Assembly (NCBI GenBank): GCA_951406725.2
Contig: OX597817.1
Location: 37,572,001-37,636,000, forward strand
Direction of reading: 5' to 3'
DNA from: Octopus vulgaris
Lineage: Eukaryota
Length of the DNA: 64,000 bases
Position numbers and translations under genes: made by a program. Numbering within the stretch: the first letter of the stretch is position 1; each line of letters starts with the position of its first letter. Shown here in pieces: positions 40,675 to 53,688 of the stretch. Under the pieces are notes generated by a model. It did no database searches. It was not told where the DNA came from and worked only from the letters and a program-made list of their open reading frames with translations.

Positions 40675-40797
40675 TTACGTATATATATGTACATATATAC
40701 ATACACACACACACATATATATATGTACATATATACATACACACACACACATATATATATATATACGTATATATATATATATATTTACGTATATGTA

Positions 40798-40857
<60 letters not shown>

Positions 40858-41177
40858 GAGAGAGAGAGGGGGGGGAGAGAGATTGAGAGAGAAAGAGTCT
40901 TCATATATGTGTATATTCATTAACAATTTATAACATCATAAATATGCAAAGCGTACGTAAGTCCTTCATTACAGAAATACATTAATATATAAATGTTTGT
41001 TTCTATGTCAAGTTATATGAAAAAAAACAATTTAACATTGAAATGAAAGTTACTCATTATTTTTTAAGTAGAGTACATAATTATTAAACTTTTAGAAGAT
41101 GAGCGACTGTGATTCCGAAGTTTCGATGTGATAGACTTCGTGATAGACCGACCGTGTATGTGTTTGTACACACACTG

Positions 41178-41219
<42 letters not shown>

Positions 41220-41579
41220 AACAGTTTCTATCAGACATTGTTAGCTACAAAACCTAATAGAAAAATATATATGCAAAATACTTATGTATGCAGAGAACAT
41301 TTTGCTTTTGGATACTAATGGGTCAAATATTATTTCTATATGAATATGGATTAATGGTAGTATTTGTCAGTGATTGCACATTCATGTGTAAATATGCAGC
41401 TGTGTTCTGATTCAAAATAAAGTTCATAATATAGCATTTCATAGTAATAAACGTGTATGTGTGTGTGTGTATATATATGTGTGTGTGTGTGTGTGTGAAT
41501 ATATAAATATATTCTTATTTACTTATAAACACACATTATATATATATATATATATATATAGATATGTCTAATATACATA

Positions 41580-41628
<49 letters not shown>

Positions 41629-41690
41629 TTATTTACTTATAAACACACATTATATATATATATATATAGATATGTCTAATATACATGTCT

Positions 41691-41737
<47 letters not shown>

Positions 41738-42112
41738 AGAGAGAGGGAGAGAATGAGAGTCCTCATATATATGTATATATTCATTAAGTATTTATAAAAT
41801 TCAAGTATGCAAAACACAAATCCTTCAATACAGAAATACATACACATATACGTACATTTTTGTATATTTACATAAATTTAATAAGTTGTTTTTATGTTGC
41901 TTTTATTTATATCAATCACTATTTTAAGTGTCAATAGTCTTGAATTTATGTGTATTCGATGAAGCAGACGTGATGCAAATCAAGACAGTGGGAAATAGAG
42001 AGATATTAAAAACAGACGACTAAATACATATTTTTTATAACGCGACCAGACACAAAAATAAGTAAACTGTTTAGACAGACAGGCAGGCAGACAGTAATAC
42101 AGATAGAGATAT

Positions 42113-42209
<97 letters not shown>

Positions 42210-42461
42210 CAGAAGTAGTTACCACTCACAAATAAGCGTGTGTTTGGAATAACATACTTGTATGAACTGAGTTTCCTGTTGATAAGCCACTGGTATAAGT
42301 CATCTTTGATTGTTATGTTTGGGCTTCTGGTTTGGTAGGTGAAGTTATGAAGTCGCTTTAGTTGCAGTAGTTAGTATGTTTATACGGTTTACAGCTGATA
42401 AGAGGTTCGAACTTCTTAGATGACGTTACTAAGTTTTCCAATCTCTCTTTCTCTCATACAT

Positions 42462-42533
<72 letters not shown>

Positions 42534-42608
42534 AAACTTTATATATAAAGAACGTGAAATTCACGAATTGACGAACACGGAAAACAGACAGTCATTCAGA
42601 GCCTTCAT

Positions 42609-42683
42609 TCTTCAGTCAGAAACCGATTCATCATGGCAAATTTCGGCTGTTTAATTCTGAGATTTGCTACAAAACGGCCAGCC
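42609..42683 (-). ncRNA. Knotted hammerhead-like RNA motif, copy B
   Basis: GGCUG G CCGUUUU GUA GCAAAU C UCAGAA UUAAA CAGCC GAA AUUUGC CAU GAU GAAUCGG U UUCUGA CUGAAGA. Compensatory changes relative to copy C. Confidence 0.6.
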
Positions 42684-42844
42684 CCAAGGAAAAGCTAAGC
42701 TATGGGCATTAGATTTCCTTGGTAGAAGGAAAGAATGTGACAACAGAGACGAATAGGAAAACAAGAGACGAAGATAAAATTGGAAACAGTAACGAATAAA
42801 AACAGGTAAAATATACATACGACTTTGAGACAAAATGGGACAAA

Positions 42845-42901
<57 letters not shown>

Positions 42902-42973
42902 CAAAATGGGACAAGAACGCAAAACACTCAAAGAGACGACACAAAAAACAGACGGGTCATTCAAAGTCTCTAA

Positions 42974-43046
42974 TCTTCAGTCAAGAACCGGATCATCCTC
43001 GCAATTTCGGCTGATTAATCTTGAGATCGCTCCGATCCGGCCAGCC
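42974..43046 (-). ncRNA. Knotted (permuted) hammerhead-like RNA motif, copy C
   Basis: Minus strand: GGCUG G CCGGAUC GGA GCGAU C UCAAGA UUAAU CAGCC GAA AUUGC GAG GAU GAUCCGG U UCUUGA CUGAAGA. Four helices plus CUGANGA, GAAA and an AUC triplet. Predicted cut 3' of the C at 43025. Confidence 0.6.
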
Positions 43047-43600
43047 CCAAGGAAAAACTAAGCTACGATCATTAGATTTCTTGGAAAAAGGATCGAATGT
43101 ATACGAAACAAGGACAGAAAAACGGACGATGCCACAAGAATATAAATACAAAAAAACAATAATAGTAATAACAGGACAAAAACAGCGGGTGTCTTACGAC
43201 TTTAGACAGTTTAACTTAGCTTAGCTGGCGTATTTGGAAAAAAATGCCTTTGCGGCAGACGAAGAAAACGATGTTGTCGTGGCGGTGATCAGAAGCCGAA
43301 AGGCTAGTTGACCGGTGGTCACGTGAGAGGAGAAGGGAGAGAAATAAGGGGGCAAAGGAATCAAAGAGAGAGAGAAAAGAGGGACAAAGGCACCAAAGGG
43401 GGGGAGACGAGAGAGAAAGAAGGAATTAAAGAGGGGAGAAGAAAGAGAGCGTGCCAAGGATTGACTTGGCGACAGAATCAGTGAAGTGCAAATTGAGAAA
43501 GACAGAGAATATAGGCATATATTCAAAATGTGACCGCGTGTGTATCGTTGACGATTTTTTTCCTCCGCCTTCCCTTCCTTGGATCTTTCCTTTTCCTATG

Positions 43601-43633
43601 TTTCTGACGAAGAGCTCCGCTCGAAACGTTAAA
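43601..43633 (+). ncRNA. Minimal type I hammerhead ribozyme motif (canonical core), in a ~210-bp repeat at 43525-43737
   Basis: UUU CUGACGA A GAGC UCC GCUC GAAA CG UU AAA: stem I UUU/AAA, stem II GAGC/GCUC, palindromic (A)ACGU(U) in place of stem III, as in PLE minimal hammerheads. Confidence 0.7.
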
Positions 43634-43922
43634 TTCTCCTTCTTTCTTTCCTTTCCTGAGCGTCCAATCACACTATACTTGTTCCAAGTCCTCGCGATGT
43701 TGTGTTTTCTCTGTGTTTTCATGTTTGGATTAACTTTATATATATATATATATTTGAAAGTATATGCAATAAAATCTCTCCAAATTGGAGACCTTTAAGT
43801 ATTACCCTAGTCATAATTAAACTGTGTGTGTGTGTGTGTTTAAATAACATGTCTAATTATGGAATATGCGAATATATCAATTTCTTGTAATTTCATAGAA
43901 ATCTTTGTTTTCTATTTTCCAG

Positions 43923-43988
43923 GTGTTTGGTATGACTTTCTCGCTTTGTCTCTGTCGACGAATAGACGACGAGTACGCCTACGAATGA
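43923..43988 (+). CDS. Tetraspanin, last coding exon (end of TM4, cytoplasmic tail, stop)
   Basis: tctattttccag acceptor. Reads VFGMTFSLCLCRRIDDEYAYE-TGA, a typical tetraspanin xFGMxFSxCLC end with juxtamembrane cysteines and a short tail. Confidence 0.92.
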   Translation: MFGMTFSLCLCRRIDDEYAYE

Positions 43989-44056
43989 GATTAAGACAAA
44001 ACAGATGGAATTCCTGAGCCCTACTCCCATTTTTCACTCTGTTTTATTCTCAAAAA

Positions 44057-44066
44057 AATAAATAAA
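44057..44066 (+). promoter_or_regulatory. Candidate polyadenylation signals (two overlapping AATAAA)
   Basis: AATAAATAAA about 70 nt after the tetraspanin stop. The AT-rich background makes a chance match plausible. Confidence 0.3.
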
Positions 44067-44112
44067 AGTAATGGATATATTTTAAACAGATATATATATA
44101 TATATATGTGTG

Positions 44113-44150
<38 letters not shown>

Positions 44151-44546
44151 TACACATATATATATACATATATACACAGATATACATACATATACATTTA
44201 TACACATATGTATACATATATATATATACATACACACATACCTATATACAAATATATACATACAAACATATATATGTATATATATATATATATTTATACA
44301 ACTGTGAGTATATATATACAAACGTGTATATATATATATATACATACATATGAACATGTATTTATACAAACATTTATATATATATATATATACACACAAA
44401 TATACATAAAATATGTGTGCGTATATGCATGTATATGCATGTATATATATGCACGTTGTAATGTATACAAATACATACATATATATGTATATATATAAAT
44501 GTATGTGTGTGTGTTTATGAGTATATGTTTATATATATATATAACA

Positions 44547-44606
<60 letters not shown>

Positions 44607-45096
44607 CAATATATACATATATATAAAACAATACTATTTTTTGTTGCTATGTTGTTAGCTTCCCATTCTAATGGTCATTATCAGTTGGCAGTGTAGAAAA
44701 TACGAAATGTTTATTTATCCTATTTCATAAACCTTCCATTTAAAAATACATATATATATATATACATATATATATACATATATATATTTAACAATCTAAT
44801 CAGCTAGATCCACTCTTTGTTTCTGGCAAAAAAATCCCAGCAAAAACTGTAAATATGGAAGGAAGTAAATACACATGGGGCTTCTGTGATTTTTTTTTTT
44901 TTTTTTTTTTTTGTATATAAGTACGGAAGACAAAAATGGCATTATATAAAGAAGAAACTCCTCCGCTGTTGTTGCTGAATCTGCTTGCTGTTGAATATTT
45001 AGCTAAACTATTTCTCCACTTTATTTTGTTTCAACATGAATGAACGACTAAACTAGAATGCATGTGTGTGCGAAATGTGTGTATGGAAAGTATGCT

Positions 45097-45147
<51 letters not shown>

Positions 45148-45368
45148 CACAATGACATACTTTCAACTGACATATATGCATGTATAGGTAAGCAGGGAGA
45201 GGTTCTATGCATCCACCTCACAGCCTACTTATATATGTATATTTTATATGTATATTTGCAAATGGCTGATGGTGGATCCATTTTAATAATTGAGAATCAT
45301 CTGGCTCTATATACTGACTGCGTCCATAAGATATTTATGCATATGTAAACATATACATACATATGTAC

Positions 45369-45459
<91 letters not shown>

Positions 45460-45468
45460 TACATACAT

Positions 45469-45502
<34 letters not shown>

Positions 45503-45526
45503 ACACGCACATATATATGTACATAC

Positions 45527-45563
<37 letters not shown>

Positions 45564-45569
45564 CTGTTT

Positions 45570-45604
<35 letters not shown>

Positions 45605-45882
45605 CATAATGTGTGTGTGTGCATGGCTATGTGTGTATATGCATATGTACACATATATGCAATTATATGAATGTGCTTCTATGTGTATGTGTGTATACAT
45701 ACATCATATATATATAGGAATAAATATTGATTTGCATATACATGTGCATGCATGTATAGTATTGCCTGTATGCGTTTACATGGTCAGTTATGTAAGTGGT
45801 CTTACTCGTACGTTGTAAACGAACTCACACACGCGCACGCAAATATAAGCATTCTAAGACAATATAAGAAAAATTGCCCAAA

Positions 45883-45948
<66 letters not shown>

Positions 45949-46421
45949 TCTGTATGCATACACATCATATATTTACATATGGAAATGCTTCTATCACATA
46001 GAAACATAATTATGTGTAAATAATATAAACGTGTACGTTTAGACTTACGTTTAATGAAAAATTTGTTGTAAGATATATATATTTCTAATTTTCTGTCAAG
46101 ACTGCAAAAATATAAATATATTTCGTCACATACTATCACAATTATATATGGTCATACACACGCACATATTCACATATACACATATAGATACGTGTGTATA
46201 TGCATACATACATATATATGTGTGTGTGGATGAAAATAGTTTGATTCAAATTCGTTAGTACTCTTGGGTATGTATGTGTGCTTCTGTGCATACGTATGTA
46301 TATCTGCACGTGTATATGTGCAAATGCATAGATATAATTATAAAATCATTTATATACATATACACTCACGCACGTACATATGTATTTAAATACGTACATA
46401 TACATACATAAAGGAATTTAT

Positions 46422-46452
<31 letters not shown>

Positions 46453-46768
46453 CATGCGTACAGACATATGTATTTAAATATCTATATATATATATATATA
46501 CATACATGCGTACACACATATGTATTTAAATATATATACACACACACACACACACATATATGTATGTATGTATAGCAAAGATAAATTCTATGCATTCAAG
46601 TGATGACGTAATTTGGGGTAAGATTTCCCCAGAGCTGAAATCTCTGGAGTCTCTAATCAGAGTTTTCTGTTTGCCTGACGAAAGCAAACTAGAAAACTCA
46701 CTGTATGAACCCGCGAGATTTCAACATAGAATAAATAATTTTAAATGATTTCACAAGTGTGTGTACGA

Positions 46769-46836
<68 letters not shown>

Positions 46837-48148
46837 ATAGAAATATAATGTAAGACGTATATTTATATATAAATGTATGTATAGATATATGATATATATA
46901 ATATATATATATAAATTTATATGATATATATTTATGATATATATATACGATATATATATACGATGTATATATACACGATATACACATACACGATATATAT
47001 ACACTATATATATATATATGTATGTATAAATGTATACAAATTTAAGTATTCTTATGTATACATACACAAACATATACGCACATGCACATACAACATTACT
47101 TCCATCCATTACATGCATGATGAGCGCAAAGTGACATGAGCATTCAAAATAAGTAATTATCTATACTTAAGATATAGCATAGAAAACGATAAAATGTATA
47201 ATGTATACTTTTCACGGTTGCGTAATTTAGAAATGTTTCTCATTATCAATTACCATAGAACAATACCTCTGACGTAATTTTGGAATAATTTTATCGACCG
47301 CCATCTTGCATTGAAAGTTGAAATAATATTTAGTCGGTAAATGAATATATTCAAATAGTTTTGTACTTACATCCACCTACGAGGCAACTCACACAGGCAT
47401 AAGTATATATATATTGTTGATGAGCCAAGTACAGAGATATGCAAATGCAAATTCTAGACACCCACGCACTGATACACGCATACATATAGGAGGTAGGCCA
47501 CACACATGTACAAGCAAACGTATAATAGATAAGCCACACACAGACACTCACATATTTGTACTGGTAAATCTACTCAGATATACACACACGTATTGTGGAA
47601 GACCCAAACAAATTTTGGCACGTGTGGGAGCCTATACATGTTCATGCGAATTTTTAGACATAGCAGTCTATTTTCCTCAAATCACATCCTACCATCTTAA
47701 CAAGGAGTGTTTTGGATAATTTAAAGCTGGGTTCGTGAGATATTGGAGGATAAAGACTGGACGATCATCGCAGAAATGCCTTTGATCAGAGATCTGCTCG
47801 AACGCTGCTTCTCTGAGGCTAAATCACATCAGCAGTAACCCTGAAACAGGCACGACAAGCAGAGACATGTATTTATCTACTTTTATATACACGTATGAAC
47901 ACACTTTTAAAGATATTTGTACACGTATGTATATTTGTGCGTATATGTATGCAACGAGAGAAATACACTCACACATGCATACACATATACGTATGCATTA
48001 ATATATACACTTATACATACATGCACACATACGTATGCATTAATATATACACTTATACATACATGCACACATACGTATGCATTAATATATACACTTATAC
48101 ATACATACACACATACGTATGCATTAATATAAACATTTATACATACAT

Positions 48149-48179
<31 letters not shown>

Positions 48180-49518
48180 AATATCGATATCGTTATAAAC
48201 ATTGGCACATGTGTCTTACATACATGTGTCTGCGTGTGTCTGAGAATTAAGAAAAACTATACGAGTTATCAAAATTGTATAATGAAGTATAGTGTAACTT
48301 GTAGATAATTAAGCAATTCGAATCAGGAATGCAACTGTCAATTTGATTGACAAAGATTCGAAAATATGGCAATCTAAGCTGTTTTCACCAATTACATTAT
48401 CGTCTGCTTTCTTCAATTGTTTTTGGCGGCACTTTTTCTTGTGTTCTTTTATTTATTATTTTTTTTTTTTGCTAAGTTACTTACTTATGACTACTACTAC
48501 TATTACCGCAACTGCTACGACGACAACGATGACCACGACTACTTCAACAGGAAGTATTTGTCTGTTTACTATTTAATGCTACTTACTATTATAGCAAAAG
48601 CAGTGACATTAAACGTAGTACAACTGGTATAACATACCACAGCTACCACTACACAAGTACTTATTCAACTGTACTATGGCTACTAACGTATCAGCTAATA
48701 ACTTCTATAAAACCAGCTTCTACTCAAGTATTAACTCTACGAACTATCAACTCAATTCCTGGTTTAGCTGCTTCTACTACATTTTATAATAGTTGCACTA
48801 CTACTGCTACTATTACTACTATTACTACAGGTAGTGGTAGTAGTAGTAGTGGTAGTAGTAGTAGTTCCCGCGTTTCAAAACAGCAGCATCTTGTACTGCA
48901 ATACTGCTACGTGATTACATATTCTATCAATCTTGGTACAGTAAGACGCACGTACACACACACACACACAGACATACATCCACACAACCATACTTACATA
49001 TACAAACACACTTGTACGCGTATGTAATGAAACTAAATGCCGTACACCATAAGTTTATATTTTATTGAAATTTACTGGTATGTGCGTGTGTGTCTACATT
49101 CTGTGTACATATATATACATATATAAATATTAGTAATAAGGACTGAACAGAATCTAAGCACATCAATACGTAGGGCGCCAGAATTGGCTAGATACTATAA
49201 CACAGTGTTCACATGACAATATATTTATAAATATACATGATCTATTATGCCCATACATGTTTATGCCTGTGTCTGTGAGTGTATGTATGTATATATATAT
49301 ATATATGCATAACCCCAAATTTGAGAAATCAACAATGACATAAAAATATAATAACCAATACAATGTATATAAAGCCCCCTATCGACCACCAAATGAGTCA
49401 CTGATATGATTATCTTAATGAAACATTTTTTAGTTTTTTTACCTGTTCACCTTAAAAATGAAGTTTGGAATGATTGTACTTTATTTTTTTTAAGGACCTT
49501 TTTACTATTAACACACAC

Positions 49519-49556
<38 letters not shown>

Positions 49557-50383
49557 ATTTTATTTTTGTTTGTTCCATATGTCCAGAGACTGGCAAATAG
49601 GAATTGGAACATATATAAAAGAAAGTTCTGAAAATCATGATGATGATGATAATAATAATAATAATGTCGATGTTTTCGACAATGTTTCAAGGTGGTCGTG
49701 TGCATTGCAACCATAAATTATTTCAAGGCCAATACTTTTATTAATTAATAAATTGTTCTCTAATTAAAATTTTTCAAAATTTATTTTTTAGCTATTGTTT
49801 TGTTTTTGTCATACTGTTCTTGTTTTTGTTATTTCTGTGTCTGGTTTTGCCATTTTTGTTTTTCTCTAGCAATTGTTGCTGTTGTTGTTAATGATGATGA
49901 TGATGATGATATTAGTCTTATTATTATATATATGCTTCTTTAGTAATAAGAGAAATTCCAATATGATCTACAAAGTGGGATAAGTCGTGTCGTAAATCGT
50001 AAATATTGATGAAATTGCTAAGATTATTAAGTAATAAACTGCTCCGCCCTGGCATTTCAGGAAAATGGAATTATAACAATGGAATTATACTAGAAAAATG
50101 ACTGCCTTTCATTCATTTTATAATCATTCTTTTATGTATATTTTACCGGAATTTTCAGTTTTCATTGGTTGGTTGATAAGCTTTAACCAAACAGATCTAT
50201 GACACAGAGCCTTCCAGCCAGTCTTGTTTAAACTTGTTTTACAATTGTTATATCAAGGACTACATTACTCTGAACGTGGTTTTTTCTTTTTGTTTTTTTT
50301 TTCTTTTTTCATAAAACTGTTTAGTGTGCGTACTATTTTTCCACCTTATTTTGTACTTATGTGCTCACCTCTGTATGTGTGTG

Positions 50384-50442
<59 letters not shown>

Positions 50443-50809
50443 TTATACAATTTTATTTAGAGATTGTCAACTTTAACAATGCGCAGAAATAGGCTAGAAT
50501 CGAAGTGCTCAAATTGAGCTAATTTGAATGGAGGCAATACCAGCGGAAAACTAGAGGAACATGACCTATTATCCAATAGAATATTCAATATATATGTGTA
50601 CTTTCTTCGACATTAATAAATCAATATAAATTTCTAGATAATATAGTATTAAAAACATACAAGTATATAAACATATAAATATTTAATAATTAAAAATATT
50701 TTTAAATATTTAAATATATATATATATCAAAGAAAGAAAGAAAGATTTAAAAGTGATATGTTTCAGACTTGTTTGGTAGTTAGGATTCCTGCTTTTCATC
50801 CAGGCAACC

Positions 50810-51020
50810 TACGCTGGGCGAAATGCGTCGCCGTATTTCGTCTGCCGTTACGTTCTGAGTTCAAATTCCGCCGAGGTCGACTTTGCCTTTCATCCTTTCG
50901 GGGTCGATTAAATAAGTACCAGTTACGCACTGGGGTCAATTTAATCGACTTAATCCGTTTGTCTGTCCGTGTTTGTCCTCTCTGTGTTTAGCCCCTTGTG
51001 GGTAGTAAAGAAATAGGTAT
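50810..51020 (+). mobile_element. SINE family A copy
   Basis: B-box, core and tail nearly identical to the other copies. Confidence 0.9.
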
Positions 51021-51363
51021 TTATAGACTTCGGCATATGTATGCGATTAAAAGATCCGCTTCCAAGCTACATGACTGTGGGTTCAATTGCACTGCGTGTC
51101 ACTTATATTGAACATAGTTGTTGACTGGCAATTTAGTTCATAGACCCAAAGGGTATGGAAAACAAAATTAACCTGGGCATGATTTGAACCCTCTCGACTT
51201 GCAAATCATTCCACCAATTCGCCATCTTTAGTATCATGGCATATTAATATTGTTTTAGTACTGTTGCTATTATAATTATTGTACTTTTGCCTCCTCCTTG
51301 TAGCAAATCAAGAAATTTTCACCATCATCATCATCATCATCATTATTATTATTATTATTATTA

Positions 51364-51574
51364 AGGCGGCAAGCATATTGAATCGTTAGGAATGCTGAAA
51401 AAAATTATTAGTGGCATTTTGTCCGTCTTTACGTTCTGAGTTCAAATCCTGCCAAGGTTGACTCTCTTTCATTCTATCAGTGTCAATGAGATAATAACCA
51501 GTTGAGTACTAGGGTCGATATAATCTACTAGATCTTTCACCAAAATTTCAGGCCTTGTGCCTATAATGGGAAGG

Positions 51575-51617
<43 letters not shown>

Positions 51618-52430
51618 CTTTCGTTCACTCAGTATTCCGATGCAGTTCTGCCACTTTGGATGACTAGATATTAAGCTGTATCTCACAACCTTAAGTTAAC
51701 AAGCCTTAGCACGTTTGTAAATGTTCCTGCTGTGCGAAGCAAAATGGCTCACTGTAGAATCACGAAACTCATCTCGATAACCAACATCAACCAACAACTC
51801 GAAATTCTTGCAACTGTTCTCAGAGTTCCTACAACAAATGGGAGTTCCTACAACAAATGGCATTTTCAGATTTTCTGAAGTTCGTGTTTTAGATTCTAGT
51901 GTTTTTCTGGGGTTTTTTTTTTCACACGCCGGACAAAATGCCGCTAAGCATTTTGTCCGCTAAGCAATTTTACATTCTGAGTTCAACTTCCGCCGAGGTC
52001 GACATTGTTTTTCATCCTTTCGAAGTCGAAAAAGTACTATCGACAACCCCGTTCCCCTCAAATTCCAGACTTCGTGCCTATAGTAGAAATTATTATTATT
52101 ATTACTATTATTAAGACGGCGAGCTGGCCGAACCGTTAGCATGCTGGACGAAATGCTTAACGTTCTAAGTTCAAATTCCCCCGAGGTCCTATGGTAGATA
52201 GGATTATTATTATTATTATTACGATGGATTGAAAGAATTGACAGTGCCGTACAAAATGCTTGACAGCATTTCTTCGGTGTCTTTACGCTCTGAGCTTCAA
52301 TTCCGTTGAGGTCGACTTTGCCTTTCATATTTTCGGGGTCGATAAAATAAGTACCAGTTGAACACTGGGGTCAATGTAATCGACCCATCCCCTCCCCCAA
52401 GATTGCTGCCCTTGTGGCAAAATTTGAAAC
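51364..52430 (+). mobile_element. Cluster of diverged SINE family A copies separated by (ATT)n
   Basis: Copies at about 51364-51575, 51925-52090, 52115-52190 and 52225-52430, surrounding the R4/Dong-like fragment. Confidence 0.75.
51616..51880 (-). mobile_element. R4/Dong-like non-LTR 3' end fragment ending in (TAA)n
   Basis: Minus strand reads PFVVGTLRTV...ILQ*AILLRTAGTFTNVL, similar to the RLE-element C-terminus PVVVGALG...LQKAALLGTARILRxVL. A short 3' UTR then runs into (TAA)n at 51577-51615. Confidence 0.6.
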
Positions 52431-53524
52431 AAATTGTTATTATTATTTTTATTATTATTATCATTTTCATCGTTAACATTATCTTTATCATAATAAATAC
52501 AAAGAATATAATAAATATCATTATGTTTGAGCTGAGTCCAGTTACTTTATGTATCGCAAGGGCTGGCCTTAAATACTCCGATATATAACATATACAAAGC
52601 TATCAAGATTGACATATAGCTCAAGGCAAGTTATACTGGCTTTCATTTCTTTCTGAGAAGTATATAATTCAGCCATTTTGCTTAACCTAACAATTTCAAA
52701 TAACGCATTGCTTTTGGAGCTAATATCAGAAAAACTATACCACATTATGGTATCTATCAGTAGAATAGCGCTTTGTGTAATTTGGCAATCAAATGTATCG
52801 ACGGTGAATGCACTGAAACGCCGGTGACAGGGTATGAACTGTTCACTTATTGATGCGATGCCGTATAGACACAGCAGTCTATAGTTCTCATAACACGAAT
52901 ACACACACACATACACATTTTATGGTAAATTTTTCAAAATAAATGAGGACCCCTAAGAATTGTAAAAGAATGACAATAATGGAGCCGACCTGCCAACGAA
53001 CCTTCTTACAAAATGCAGCGGATACAGAAAAGCTCGAGTATATTTATCGATAAAATAAAACCTCCTGGTCACAGATTTACGTCGCTAGAGTAATATATAT
53101 AATTCAAAGTAAGGAGATGATGGTAATGATGATGATGACGACGGTGACGGCGACTGCAACAGCAATTACAATATGGTCGTAAACGGATCTTTTGGTTACA
53201 TGAAAACGGATCGTGGCCGGAAGCTGTGCAAAGCGACATCTATCATGACGGATAATCAATAAAAAGATAGCAAATGTATGAATAAAAAGACTGTGCTAGC
53301 ATGTTAAATGCACAAAATCCTGCTGGTGTACATATATATATATATACACACACACACACATATATGTGTATGTATGATATACAAAAACACACACACACGC
53401 GCGCACACATGACTATACCCTTGTATGTGTGTGTATGGTAACTAGGATTATATCTATGCTTAGCTATTTCATACTATCGCCACTGCAGTTGTCAGTGATT
53501 GTCAGGCTTTTGTTTTTGTTCACA

Positions 53525-53555
<31 letters not shown>

Positions 53556-53649
53556 TACTTACCTCATACGCACATGCAACTACACGTGTGTACCACAGGC
53601 AATTGTATGCTATTGTAATACGAAAATAAGACTGTGGAACTGCATATTT

Positions 53650-53688
<39 letters not shown>

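Larger units (their letters stand above)
42545..43520 (-). mobile_element. Two adjacent copies of the same repeat family (B 42545-42848, C 42899-43520)
   Basis: Both carry the knotted motif and the CCAAGGAAA..TTTC(C)TTGG hairpin, and are separated by (AT)n. Confidence 0.65.

Noticed and set aside
44848-44855. TGTAAATA Pumilio-type element downstream of the stop codon
   Set aside because: A single 8-mer in very AT-rich DNA, and the UTR extent is unknown.
52569-52916. 115-aa non-repetitive minus-strand ORF
   Set aside because: No recognisable domain, it starts in a microsatellite, and there is no convincing splice structure.
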